DNA of 64,000 bases, from positions 41,044,001 to 41,108,000 of the forward strand of contig OX638158.1 of the NCBI GenBank assembly GCA_951804945.1, read 5' to 3'. This document shows, one piece after another, positions 35,853 through 49,400 of the stretch. The position numbers were made by a program, and so were the translations under genes. This stretch comes from Podarcis cretensis. Lineage: Eukaryota. Numbering within the stretch: position 1 is the first letter of the stretch; each line of letters begins with the position of its first letter. Under the pieces are notes generated by a model. The model had not been told where the DNA came from, made no database searches, and saw only the letters and a program-made list of their open reading frames with translations.

Positions 35853-38172
35853 TATATACATCTTAAGTAAATCACTGGTCTTCACTTATACTTGAGAGTA
35901 ACTGGCTCTGTCCAGATGTGTCCCTGCTCCCCCCAAAAAGCTCCCAGTGGGAGAATCCCCGAAACAGGACAAGACCCCACAGGCAGCTCCAGCCTCAAAG
36001 GTCGGTGCAAAGGCTCATGGGATTGCTAGATGCTGTTTTTGCCCTTTTTTTAGTCACTTCCAGGTTCGTGGCAATGCCTGTGTTCGCAATCGTGTACATA
36101 CTGAACGTGCGTAAAAAAAAAGGTTGTTTTCTCTTGTCCTCAGAACAGCGTTTTTAATTTTTTAAAAAAGTAGCTTTGCTCTCAGGGATAGCAGCAAACA
36201 TCCAAGAGCTGTCAGTTTCAAAGACCCGGCAGTGTCTTCCAAGACAGAAGACAACCTGCAGCCTGCGTTGTTTAAATGAACCAAACACCTGCTGAAATGA
36301 AGGGGGAAATCTGGAGCTCTGGAAATTTATGACTGTGAGAGGTGAGGAGTTTTCGTAATGCCACCATGCTAGAGATGGTAGAACACCACGAGGGCATATG
36401 ATATATATATATATATATATGCTTAAGTAGCTCTCCTGGGAGTACAATGTATTAGTTGCATCTCAAATGCTGATCTGGCTCATTGTAAATGCTTACAATC
36501 AGCTGAGGAAAGTGTGAGATTAGCTATAAAAAGTAAAAGGAGAACAGAAAGTTACAGAAAGCAGTAGCAGGCTCTTGGTCTGAGCACAGATTACTGAAGC
36601 ACACAATTTTATCAACATTATCAAGGAGCATATGAAGCAATGGGGTGTCATCAAATATCTGCCTGCTGTTTCCAGCCCCCGATTCCTGCCTTGCAAGCCC
36701 AGACACCAGTAAAACCAACCACCCTGGAAAGAAAGTGGAAGGGGGGAGAATTTGCTGCCACCACATTTTCTACCAGCTGAGACAGGGCCCAACAGCTCCT
36801 CCCTCCATCCCTTTGGCTGTGCAGCCAGGAGTTCATGAACTTTCAGCTCCACTTTAAACTAACTGCTAGTCTACTTAAGCATTATGTTCAAATGCCAGAC
36901 AAACAGCAGTTAACTAAGTAAGTTGAAATAAGTCAAGCTCAAACCATAGTTTATTGAGGTGGCTTGTTTCAACTCACGATGATTAAGATTAACCACAGTT
37001 TAGGGTTTAGGTGCAACACAAAAAAACTGTGGTGACTTAGAATGGAAGCAAAAGCTAGCAATCTTCTCTTTATAGGTCTGTTGCAGGGTAAGAGGGGAAG
37101 GGGCATAGCAATAAATTGTTTAACACTGTATCCAAACAAGGCCTCGGGCTTCACTCTTCTCTGTCTTGATTCTCAAGGTATAAATCAAGGATTTTAGTTC
37201 CCAATATTGTATGTGATTTTTTTTGTACAGGCTGACACGAACACCCAAAAACAGATTAGGAAATTAGCAAAAGCAGATTCAGAGCAAAATTTCCATGAGA
37301 ATTTACTTATTACAGAAATGAAAATGGTAAAAAGATTCCATACCTAGATTTTGGTAAAGTAATGCAGCCTTTTAAAATATTGGTTTTCAAGGTCGCCCAT
37401 TGCGGGTCCAAAACAGCTGTGACCAATAATCTCCTAATGACTGGTCGGAAGGGAAGCCTCTTGCAACTTCATGAAGCATATAATTGGATGCGAGAATTGA
37501 AAGCATATATAAGCATCCTACAAAGTCAACAGAACAACTCTGAGTCCATCCAGTCATCTCAGGTGAGGCCTGTAATTTAATTTGCTCATTTGGCATTCTG
37601 TTTGTTGGGAATGTAATAACACAGTAGGGTATTGGAATTAAAGTTGGTACACATGTTGAGGACACAGATTGTTATTTAAAACATTTATATCTTGCCTTGA
37701 GCAAAGCTTCCAAGGTAACCAGGTAAAGTATTAAAAACAAAGCATAAAAAAATCTATCCTCAGAGGCCAGCTTGACTTCTATCCAAGATTTCAAAGGGAG
37801 AAGAAAAACAAGAAAATACAATGTGATATTTTTTTAAAGACTGAAACAGAGGAGTTGAAATTGGTACATGCAGAACATTCTATGTTTCAAGTACAGACCA
37901 ATCTCAAATCGTGCAGTAATTTTCAACAATGACAGAAAAGATGAGGCAGGCCACAGTGGGATACTGAGGACTGAGATAGAGGAGTGAAAGCTGGTGGGAA
38001 CACTGAGCAAGGCAACAGAATGCTCCATTATTGCCTGACGCCTGCACCCTGACCTCTCTCTCTTGTTTTCAGAGGTACACTGCGGGTTCATTTCCAGCTA
38101 CTCCACGTTGCCTTAGTTTTCTATACACACAAGCAAGTTTGAACACAGCATTTTTGTATACAATGCAGCCAA

Positions 38173-38258
38173 TATGACCTGCATCTCCAAAGTTTAAATT
38201 GATTCCTTAAACTATACTGTTTAAGGAATCAATTTAAACTTTGGAGATGCAGGTCATA
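38173..38258. repeat. Perfect inverted repeat, 40-bp arms, 6-nt spacer
   Basis: 38173-38212 is the exact reverse complement of 38219-38258. Confidence 0.95.
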
Positions 38259-39849
38259 AGGACATTGCTTAGAACATTGATGGCATTTTAAAATGTGGCT
38301 AGAGAAAAATAAGCATAGGAAGTAGTGAGGGACAAATGCCTGTTAACCTAGAAGTAGAGCTGAACTTTGCAGAATCACGGCATTCTGAGCCGTCATTACT
38401 GCAACTACACGTGGCCCATCCTGACCTACAATTCAGGCCAGCTGCTGTGATTTAGAGATAGAAACTGCCTTAGCTCTGTGCAGCCTACACTCAACACATT
38501 GCAAACACAGGACATAAACACAGCAGTTCTATAGCTTACAGTGCACTTTATATGAAGTGTTGTTCTGCCTCACCTCTTTTTGCATGTGCATGTGGGAATG
38601 CCCCTCCATTTGAATCATATATTGCTACTAATTATGAGCTTCTTCTGCAAATTATCAGCATCCTACCCCCCCCCCCCTTTAGAAAAACCTAAAGTGGCTT
38701 AATGTTTGACGCATGAACTTTCCCATGATGTTGCTTGGTGATTGTAGTGAAGGGACCAACAGCAAGTTGTACAACTTGCTATGTGTCAAAGCTCCCCAAC
38801 TCCTTGGCCCTTGAATGGCTGTTGCAGTTCTCACCGCCATCTGGCTTCCAATGCGTACCAAAGGTGCACATGCTCCATTTCCATCTAACTTCCACCTCCC
38901 TTCCTGTGTGAAAGCAGAGCTTAGTTCTGGGAAGCAATAGCAAAGATTTTTAGTAAGCAAGAATCCTGAAGGTAAGTGGTGGGACTTGAAGAGGAAATCC
39001 ACTCTCCCCACCTGGGATACTAAGAGACAAAGAGAAACAGGTTTTTCGCACAGGGCAACAGCAGCAACCAGCCTTACTGGCCTGACCTCTCAATACTGAT
39101 CAGTTGTGTATGGTCAACTACGTAAGTATTTGATACCTTTGCCAGCACTTTCCTGCTCTTTCTCCAAAGGAGATCGAATGAACTATACTTTTTTTAAAAA
39201 AAAAAAAGCTTCGCAAGAAAGCCTCACCCTGGATAATTAGGGGCATGAATTTTGTACATGGTGCTCAAACAAATATTGGCTTTGTACTTATCTATGCGTT
39301 CATAAAACTTGATACATCGGATTACCTCTATTTCACACGCAAGCAAAACTGTTAACAAACAGTAAGGTCAGTGTCACATACTCCAAATATTTGTTCTGTC
39401 TGCTCATCTGTGAGGTAGTTTAATAAAAGTTTCAATGTATCAAAGCTTAGCATGGCAAAGCTTATACATGGCAACTGAAACAGTTGCTGACCTAGGCCAC
39501 TGTCGCAATTTTATGGGTTCACAGCAGCAGAAGACTTTTCGTTTTCATTGTGTAACAAAGACAACCTCGAGAAAATGGAGAAAAAGAATCCTTACTATTT
39601 ATGAAAGGCAGGAAGATATTACCAAGTTCCTTGCCAAAAATTTAATCCTTTAGTTTAGATGACCTATTCTACATTTTATTATGTAACCTATTTCTAGTTG
39701 AAGAAAGACAGCAACTTTTTCTTTTCAGTCGGTTGGCTGCTAAATTTGTATCCTGTCTGCGTGCTAAATGATGCCTTAGGCAGCCACCAGTAATACAAAT
39801 TCAAAAGAATAAAATATAGGCAGTGACCATTTTACGTCCGTTCAATGTA

Positions 39850-40194
39850 CAGTGGTGCCTCGCAAGACGAAAAGAATCCGTTCCGCAATTCTCTTCGTCT
39901 AGCGGTTTTTTCGTCTTGCGAAGCAAGCCCATTGATGGCTTAGCGGATTAGCGCTATTAGCGGCTCAGTGGCTTTTAGCGGCTTATCAGCTTAGCGGATC
40001 AGCTGATAAGCGGCTTAGCAGCTTAGAAAAAGGGGGGGGGAAGGGGAAAAAAGTCGGAAAAACTCGCAAGACATTTTGTCTTGCGAAGCAAGCCCATAGG
40101 GAAATTCGTTTTGCGAAGCGCCTCCAAAACGGAAAACCCTTTCGTCTAGCAGGTTTTCCGTCTTGCGAGGCGTTCGTCTTGCGGGGCACCACTG
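39850..40194. mobile_element. Young Tigger/pogo-like MITE
   Basis: TA|CAGTGGTGCCTCGCAAGACGAA ... TTCGTCTTGCGGGGCACCACTG|TA; CpG-rich, with internal TTAGCGG and TTCGTCT repeats. Confidence 0.88.
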
Positions 40195-40783
40195 TACATG
40201 CAACTGTGCACATGCACATCACAGCAACGCAAAAGGGGCCAGAAAGAGGAGCAGGGCAGGGGAGCCTTACATGCACTCTGCCGATGTGCATGGGGCTCAG
40301 GAATGCAACCCACACACAAAACAGTCATTGACTGTATAAGTAAAAAGGCATAAGGGTATTAAAACAAACAAACAAAACCCTTGCTATTAACTTCTTAAAA
40401 CCCACACAACTTCATACAGGAAAGTGATGTCTTTCAGGCAACCTGGCCCCATCATGTAGGGCTTTTTGATCATAATAAGCACTCTGACTTATGTATGAAA
40501 CAGACCCACATCTGCTGAAGCTGCTGTGACATATGGGTCACATGTTCCATATAAGCGTTCCTGGTCAATTTTTCTGGCTGCAGCATCACCAAGCGCCATT
40601 CCTGTTCTTCAAAGCCAAGTGTGGTCAATTACAATTCCAAACAAATTTCAGGATATCTCAAGAATGGCAAAATTTTCCAGAAGCTGTGAGCTGGTGAAGT
40701 ATTCAGCACCACATGCCAAAATCAGACATGCTCTGTGGTTCTCCTACCCACTCCATCTAGCAATCTTGTGCAAAACCTTGTAT

Positions 40784-40919
40784 CAGGCATAGGCAAATTT
40801 GGTCCTCCAGATGTTTTTGGCCCACAACTCCGATGATCCCTAGCTAACAGGACCAGTGGTCAGGGATGATGGGAAGTGCAGTCCCAAAACATCTGGAGGG
40901 CCGAGTTTGCCTATGCCTG
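40784..40919. mobile_element. Palindromic hAT MITE (136 bp)
   Basis: TIR CAGGCATAGGCAAA; TSD CCTTGTAT/TCTTGTAT. Confidence 0.88.
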
Positions 40920-42737
40920 TCTTGTATCTTGATAGAGAGGTAAATATTGCCTGCCCAATTGGCCTGAACAGAACACACATCAGGGGTTGTAGTTCAAAAC
41001 ATCTATAGGGCACCACGTTGCAGTGGGCTGCTGTAAGTCTAGAAGGCCGTATAGATGGATCTGTAGTTCAAAACATATGAAGCCACCAGGTTAGGGTAAT
41101 CTGACTAGGAGAACGTATGGGTAGATTTGTTCCAAGTCAGTGGGGGAAACAGCTGGAATAAGTTGTGACAGGATGACTGATCTGCGGAGCTTCTACCATG
41201 GCACTCTCAAATAGTCTGGTACACCACAGTAGTGCAGAAGAATAGGAAAACAAATGCTACATTTGCTTTCTGGCAAACACCTGAGTAGATGCTTAGCTTC
41301 CAACCAGTTTTTCCCAAAGAAAGCAAGGGTCAGAAATCAAGCAATACAGATTTTTCCAGCTCCCAAGAACTATTCATCTAAAAAAAAAAAAAACCTATTT
41401 ATTTTTTTAAAAAATCAGCCAAAAGAGGCATTAAGACAGGAAAAATCTGAATAAAAAACAGATTCCATCCCACCTGTTTTGGTGTTCTGCCCAAGGGCAT
41501 TTCTTCAGTAAGCTATCTACACAACAGGAGGAAGGTGAGGCAAAAAGTCTGTGTGCCTTATCCTCCTCAAATCTCCAGTATTAAGCACCTTCCAACTCCT
41601 CTTCAGCCATGTGAGAAATCTATACACAGTTCCAAAAAAACCATTAGGCTCACACAGACTCTGCTGAATTTGCGTGCAAATTCAGCAAACTCGATATAAA
41701 ACGGATCATGTTTACAGGGAGAAAAATGATTAAATTACTTAGCAGAAGCACTAGCATGGGAGCCTGGTTTTATAAGGATAACAATGAGGTTATCTGGAAG
41801 CATTAGTACAGTACTGCAGTAAGGGAAGAAAGAAACCATGCACAGCACAAGGAAGACATCTACAAATATTACTGTGTTCCTGGTTGGGAATGAGTATTCA
41901 ATAGTCACATCCTTTTTCTCAATTTGAAACAGAAGAAAGTTCATTACCCACTAGATTCCTTTCCAAATTAAAAACCTTTTTACAAAATAGGTTAAATAAT
42001 TTGAATCCATGTTCCAGTATTATTTCTCAGGCTCTTCACTCCCCCACTAAGCTTTTTTTCTTGTTCAAAATCCACAAATTAGGTCGTCCCCCCCATTACA
42101 CAATTTTTCCTAAGAATTAAGATTTGATTTCTTTTCAATGTTCCAAGCTACTTCAGAAAACAGAATAGGGAAGGAAAGGAACCAAGAAATGAACCTAACT
42201 GTGCTACCACACACCACATCTAGCCCAGTGAAAATGAAAGAACACAGCCCCACAAGATTCACCTCATCCATGTGCTCCTTTGCTGGCAGTCTACTGTTTT
42301 AACCAACACAGGCTGCAACCCTATACCAAATTACCTAGGAGCAACTCCCATGGAACTGAATGGGTCTTTCTTATGAGTAGACATGTACAGAGTTGCCCTG
42401 TTGAGCCCCATCCCACAAATGCTCAGTGCAACCTCAAAAGTATGGTTACTGTTTTCGTCAATGAGTGCATCACTCAACACACAAGTAAAGTAAGCACTTC
42501 TTTGTTTTTTCCAAGCCAGGTGCATTTTTCTTGTTTGTAGGGCATCTTAATAGAACTAACTTTGCAGGTTAGGGTTTTTTTTCCCCCAGGTACTGAAAAG
42601 AGTGGGTACACGACTTGGATGTGTACCGTGAGTGGATTCACTGCTGCTGCTTGAGGCTGAGGTGGCCTTGGTGGCACGGAGTGCTTTCCATCAATACCCG
42701 GCTGCAACCCTATCTGGACAGGGATAGTCTAATTTCT

Positions 42738-42955
42738 ACAAAATAAAAAAATTCCTTCCAGTAGCACCTTAAAGACCAACTAAGTTAGTTCTAGGTATGA
42801 GCTTTTGTGTGCATGCACACTTCTTCAGATACACACATGCACACGAAAGCTCATACCTAGAACTAACTTAGTTGGTCTTTAAGGTGCTACTGGAAGGAAT
42901 TTTTTTATTTTGTTTTGACTATGGCAGACCAACACGGCTACCTATCTGTAACTGG
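42738..42955. mobile_element. Penelope-like element (PLE) terminal-repeat fragment in inverted (foldback) configuration
   Basis: 78-bp inverted arms (42738-42815 and 42836-42913, one mismatch), hammerhead core, and 12-bp flanking duplication AGTCTAATTTCT (42726-42737, 42956-42967). Confidence 0.8.
42795..42832 (-). ncRNA. Minimal type I hammerhead ribozyme motif (core G mutated)
   Basis: The minus strand reads GTAT-CTGAAGA-A-GTGTGCATGCACAC-AAAA-GCTC-ATAC; the other arm keeps the intact CACGAAAGCTCATAC half. Confidence 0.72.
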
Positions 42956-45900
42956 AGTCTAATTTCTGTTGTTTATGCTTTGGTAACCTATAGGCAAGGT
43001 AACAACATGCCTCTGAAGATGGTTCAGAAACTTCAGCAGGTTTCTTCAGCTGATTTCTGCATGGATTTCTTTTTCCAAAGAAGTTTGCATATTAATACAG
43101 GGCTGGACAGATTTAGGGATAACTTAAGTAGCAAAGATTAAAAAACAGATTCTTTCACCCACTCCTACCTTTGAGTTACATTCAGCAGAGATCTGCATTG
43201 CTCTTAACCATCTAACCATTTACTTCAGTGCTTCTGTTTTAGACTTCCTGACAACCACCATGCCTTGGCAGCTGTGCAGCACCACAGTAATCCAATTTGA
43301 TTATTAAAATTTGAGCTCTTTGCTGCATACAAGCCAAGGTACTTTCATCAACATTCTGTCTGAGAGGTCAAATTGGAAATCCCAATCAAATCGATGACAA
43401 TAATCACCTTGACCTATGGACGTTTTTCCAAAGAAACGTCAGAAGACAGACCTGCAAGCAAATCAGGCATGAACTGAAATAGCACCAGAGTGCAGAGCAT
43501 ATTAGCTAGTCCAACAGCACCACCTTTGAAATAGCTCTTTGCATTTTTAAACAGCCTTCCTCCTTCACATCCCCAAGCAAACTGTGACAGAAAGATGAGA
43601 GGAGAGAGGCAGGAGAGGAAGATGGCTCATGAGAAAATGCATGAAAAGGATGAGCGTCAAGTTGGAATACAACTTATTTTACAAAGCACATCATGCTTCA
43701 AAGAGAAAGACCACTTTGCGATTGTTATTGCTGGTGTGCTGGCTGCATTTTCCCTACTGGAAGAAAATTAGGGACACATGCTAACAAACTCACGATTGTA
43801 AAAGCTATCCATCTGAATGAGTTTTGTTTCAAAGCACTAGGAGCAGGAAACACCAAGCAAACCAAAGTAAAATGAAGCTGTTCTTTCTCACTTAAACAAG
43901 TGGAGCATCAGGTTGTAACCACATCCATCTGCATTCACTCTGTAGCGACACTAATCTTTTACAGGCAGACAAGTTACAGGCACTCGGCTACAGTTTAACT
44001 GTACAGCAAATACAGCTTAAATTGCAAAGATTCCTGTCCTTCATAAAACATCATGCTGGTACAATTCTTCAGACTATGAAGAATTTCCTCTGGGATTTTA
44101 TCCAAAACAAGAAACAAAAAAATTCAATGGAACATTGCAAAAAGTTAACACTTTATTTAGGGAGGGCAGCACAAGCAATGTGGGATGATGAGCACCAATT
44201 ATTTCAAGAAAACAAATGTGGTGGTATTCTAACATGTTATCCTGCTCTAGGGTAATCAGATTCAACTCAAAATTATTCACAAAGGGATGACTCAATTTGC
44301 TACTAACAAATCTTATTCACAAGCTTCCCACCCAAGTATTTTCTCTCACTCTTACAAGTATTATAATTGCTTATTTCATTACAGTGCTTAATTTGTTTTT
44401 CAAGAGGACATTTCAGAGGCTTCAAGCAATCTTCCAGCGTAACACTTCACTGCTAGAGCTTAATGTCCCACTGTCTATACCAAAGTTTCTCACACAAACC
44501 AGATGAAAAAGGCTTGTTAGAAAATTCCTTCCCATGACTCTCATTTCTTTGGCACTCTCTGTATGCTAGACTAGACAATATAAGACTACGTTCGGGGTGG
44601 GGGGGGGGGAGACCACCTCTCAGAGAACATAGAATTTTCATCAAAGTCAACTATTTGATCAAATCTCCCCAAAAATGACTTGAGAATTGTATTGCCAATG
44701 CTATTAATGTTTAATCATCTTTTTGTCTTTGACTTTTGCCTTACCCAAATCAATGAACACCATTACATTGTTTAAAGTGGGAAATATATTGCAATATATT
44801 GAAGCTCTCGTGTTCAATACCAAACTCTACAATTATTTTGTCAGCATATACCACAGGCAACTCTCCACTTGTGCAGAATCACACACACTAGGAACCCGGA
44901 AATGGGGAGCACCCTGGAGAGTCCTAATGGATCACAAGGAGACGCTCTCCAAAGCCGAAAGAGGCTGGTCTGGTTGGTTATCATAAGCTAATCCCAGGAA
45001 TTTCCATGTTTTGTGCAGTTTAATCAAACCTTCATTAATTCTAACCTGCTAATTCTTCCAAAATCTGTAACATTATGTTAATTTTAACATGGGAAATAAG
45101 GACAAGTTGCAAGCTACTGACTTTATTGTGTAAAAATGGATTAAAATTTCAGACGAGGTTCATGCTAGTTCTCCTTTCCCCCTCCTCTCATGTTTCCCAA
45201 GTTGCATGGAATCCTAGAGCTAATCTAGTTTGCTAGAATAATCAGATACACAAGTATTATTGACTTTCGGAGCACTGGAGCAAGCAAATCAAAGTAGGTC
45301 AAGCAAATTATCAGCTGCCTTGCCGACAAAGATTTACAAAGTATGCAATGTATGCAAACCATATTTTGAAGGTATAGTATGGGAAAAACCCATGGAAAAT
45401 ATGATTTGGCAAATGTTCCACTTTTACAATATTCTCATCTAGTAGGCCACCAGCAGCTTTGTTTCATGAAAACTATTCACATGCAAATTTCTTGGGTGCA
45501 ACTGTGGTGGAACAGAAAGCTGCTTGTGATGGGGACCACTCCTTCCTGGTACAAAGGTCCTTTCCTCCAAGTTCTCCATTCAGTGCTGATAACACAGAGT
45601 TTCTCTGTGCTGGGCATGTGAGAACAACCCTGCTTCTCTCCAACTTCCCTGGCCAGGCTGGAACTTGTCCTTCAAAGAGGGGTGACAAGATGGTAGTGCT
45701 GGTTAGCAGGGGGGTTGCTATTTCATGTTATTTTGAAAAATCAATAAAATGTTGTTTTTAAGAAAAGAAATAAAAAGGAGAACAGCAAAGTATGCCTCTC
45801 TCAATGCCCTGTCCAAAACCTAGCACAAAGTGAGAGACCATCTTCACTCCACTCGGTGTGTTAGGTGGAAGTTGTCAGTATCAACCACAAACAGCTTATT

Positions 45901-46421
45901 ATTAACCAAATTTACAGTGCACCTTGGTGTGAATGGGTAATTCACAGAGCTTCATAAGCCAAATGAACCCACATTGGGTGTCTAAAGTTCCTTCCCACCA
46001 GGCTCTCAGCTATTCACCCAGTGCCTAAGCAGTACTCAGAACAGGAGGTTCTTATAAGCTTCATATAAAGATATGTGTTGTCCCACAGGCTACTCTCACA
46101 AAGAATGCATGAAAGGTGCATACTACGGACCTAGAGGGGAACAGGACCACTTCATACCCTATTCTAGTGAGACCCAAATATTTATCCCATTAAATATAAT
46201 GGTTGGGCATTAAGAGGTGATAGGAGGGGAGGAGCAAGAGCTCTATAACCAATCCTATGCAGATCCTTTCCAGTATTTACAGAACTACCTAAACAGGAAC
46301 AAGATTGACAATGCTTATTTTGAATTATCAAATCTCACAAGGGTGAGCTACAGCAAAATGTTGCAGTGTGGAATACTCCTGTTCAGTCTTCCAGTCAATC
46401 GTAATTACAGGATACTGTGTT

Positions 46422-46475
<54 letters not shown>
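46422..46475. repeat. Compound (TC)n(AC)n microsatellite
   Basis: Direct reading. Confidence 0.95.
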
Positions 46476-49400
46476 CAGCCAGCATTCTGTGTGCCCAGAG
46501 CATGCTCAGTCCTCAATGGGTCATTGGGGAGAGGGGAATTTCTGCTTAGGTGCTTCTACCTTAAAATGTTTGTACTTGTGTAACTCTCACCACCCCCACT
46601 CCAAGAATTCTGGTGCTGCTCCATCTTGTTCATTTGTGGTACCATTTTGCCTACATAAGGAGCAACCCTCGGAGAAGCAAGTTTGCTATTCATTAATACT
46701 GCACAGCCTTTGCCAGCCTGGTGCTGTGTTGACTGGGGCTGTTGGACGTAGTTCTCCAAATCATCTGGAGGGCAGATATGATGGCAGCAGGCATAAAACA
46801 AGAACAAAAAAGCCTCAATTAAACCTTCAGCTGTGGAGGAATTTGGGGGTTACAATTAAGCATATTTCTTTCAGTGTACTTTCTGTAAGAAACATCATAG
46901 GATTCCCAAAGGGTCTCCAATGACTGGCACAGATCTAGTGAAGTTCAGCGATTTAACAACATGGGTCATCTTCAAACAGTTGATGTGTGCATATATAACA
47001 TTGTTCTTAAATATTGCACTTAATCATATGTTACACAGCTTGTTTCATCACAGAAAGTAACTCTCTTACTGACATGATAGGTTCCCTCTTGACAGCATTT
47101 TTACATTAGGAAACATTTAGACTTCCATATATCTGACTTGTGTTCTGCAATGTCAGAGGGATGCATCACACTTCCTATTATAGTGCCATTAACACTGGCG
47201 ATGTTTGAGAAGTACAAGACGACAGATTCATACTCTGGCAGGATCGCAATCTAAAATTTTACAGTGTCAAACAGCAGAGGAAGGAAAAGGAAATGAGGTG
47301 AAACAGACAATATATGCATTTATTTCAGTTGCATCACATAGACTTGTTAACAGTAGGTCAAAGAGTTAAAGGTGTTGCCACCTTCATAGAAAAGGTGAGT
47401 TTCGAGGAGTGATTTGAAGGAAGTAAAACAGGTAGGACCATGTTTTATTGTTTTAAAATGTAAAGCATCAGGAGAAGAAGTGGTAGAAGTGGTGCGAAGG
47501 GTACTAAAGCTCTCCCTGTGACTTTCCATATTTCACAAATGCAAGGCATCCCATGGCTTTACAGTCAAGTGAGAAAGCATCTTCTCTTTTCACAGACTTT
47601 TAAAGGATCAAATGTCCTAGTTTACTATCCACTGCTTAGGAAGCACAAGAATGACAGTTAAATTACAGTGTGATCCTATATAGTACATGTCTGCTTAGAC
47701 GTAAGTCCTGTTGAGCTCAAATGGTTCCTTACTCCAAGGTCAGAGTGTACAAGCAACCCTAGAACTTTAACAACTTCTTAAAACTACTTTATATATTTCA
47801 GCTTTCCTTATAGGGCTACTATCCTCAGGATTACAGAGCACATTCAATATAATTATTATCCATAGCTTTTAAAAGCAACTTCCAGGCTTCCCCTAAGGCC
47901 TAATACAGTTATCCAACAATCCTCTATGCCTGGAGAAACAGCATGCCACCTATACCACCCAATGGGAGCAATATAAAATGCTCTTAGAAGCAGGCTTCAG
48001 TGGTGATTGAAATATGACTTGTGTACAACTTTGCTAATGTCCTTGAGATGCCGTGGCAAAAGCTTCACTTTGTTTTATTTCCAGCTCTGCTTAGAAATGT
48101 GTCAAACACTATATAAAACTTATGGCCAGCCTCCCCTCTCCCAAAGTGAATGCCAACACAGATACGGAGTTCCTGGTTAGAAACATTTTTAAAGGCCCTC
48201 AAGTGCTGTAGTGTAAACTACCCTTCGCTTCAAATTTTTGCAAATAAACACGCTTGAAATAGAGAAACTTATACTTCCCTAAAGCTTCCCATGAAAGTAT
48301 TATGTCATTATGTTTATTTATACAGATTATTTTTGAAGATATCAAATGTACCAGGCTAACCCACTCTTCTACCACTTGATTATATTTGTTAAATACGGTT
48401 GCAACAATTTGCAGCCTTACTTTCCTATAACTGACAATGGCAATGAGATCCCAAAGCCAGATTTTGCTGGGCTTGCTTTGTCACAAGCCCTGGCTGTGGT
48501 CTGCGGTATACCCCACAAGAGATTCCCTAAATACAGACAGACTTTGTTGTTCTTCTGCAGAATGAAACTGCTTAAATAAAACTGGCCAAGGGTTAGCTCC
48601 CTCTATTCAAGTGCAGCACAGTAAATTCCGTTCTACGCCCCAGGTTGCTGCTGCCTTTTGTCCCCATCTCACACCACAGGTTCAGCTAATGCAGTTTTCA
48701 CTATGACCCAAACAAGCCAAGGCTTTATCTCTACCTGAAGGTCAGCAACAGCTTTATGAGTCATCACAGTAACTGGGGCTACTAACAGCAACTGCTGCCA
48801 AAATGCTGGTGTGGACCCAATACCTAACACTCACACACCCCAAAGTGTATAACTTGTTGCACTACCTCTATAATTCATACCTCTATGATTCTAAGAGTCA
48901 CACAAAAGTTATTTGATATTCAAGAACCAATGCAACAAAAATTCTGGGCTTCCTAAGTAGCCCAAATGAGAAATACACCTATTGTCACCTATTAATTCCA
49001 CAGGTGTTGCTAATCTCTCACCGATATTCATAGAATCTTCAGCCCACAAAAGTGTGGTTCCATCACTTGAAAATTGTTATAGTGCAATGTTGTCAATGCT
49101 GTTGCTGCCTAATCAGAAGCAAGTCTTGTTGAGTTCAGTAGGGCTCAGCCCAATTAGTTAGAAGGCTTTTGTGACTCTTACTGGGTCTATGCAGCAGAAG
49201 GAAGTGGGAATGAGCAGCTCATCTTCTTAACACCTCAGAGTGCAAGTGGAGGCCAAGGCATACCATTTTTAATGCCTTTCCTCATTAAAAAATAAAGATG
49301 CAATTTTAAAAAAACTGGATCTATATGGAGTGCCAGTTGGAGATACCAACTTTTCAGCCAGCCATTTAGCTGTTCCTTCTATTTGTGTGAGCAAATATTA

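Noticed and set aside
37392-37562. 171-nt open + strand segment bounded by AG and GTGAGG
   Set aside because: Peptide unrecognised and no partner exons; cannot be supported.
39410-39430. TGAGGTAGT let-7-like seed
   Set aside because: The match ends after 9 nt and there is no precursor hairpin.
39950-40025. TTAGCGG repeats resembling telomeric or CRISPR-like repeats
   Set aside because: Short degenerate repeats internal to a MITE; no spacer structure, and the context is eukaryotic.
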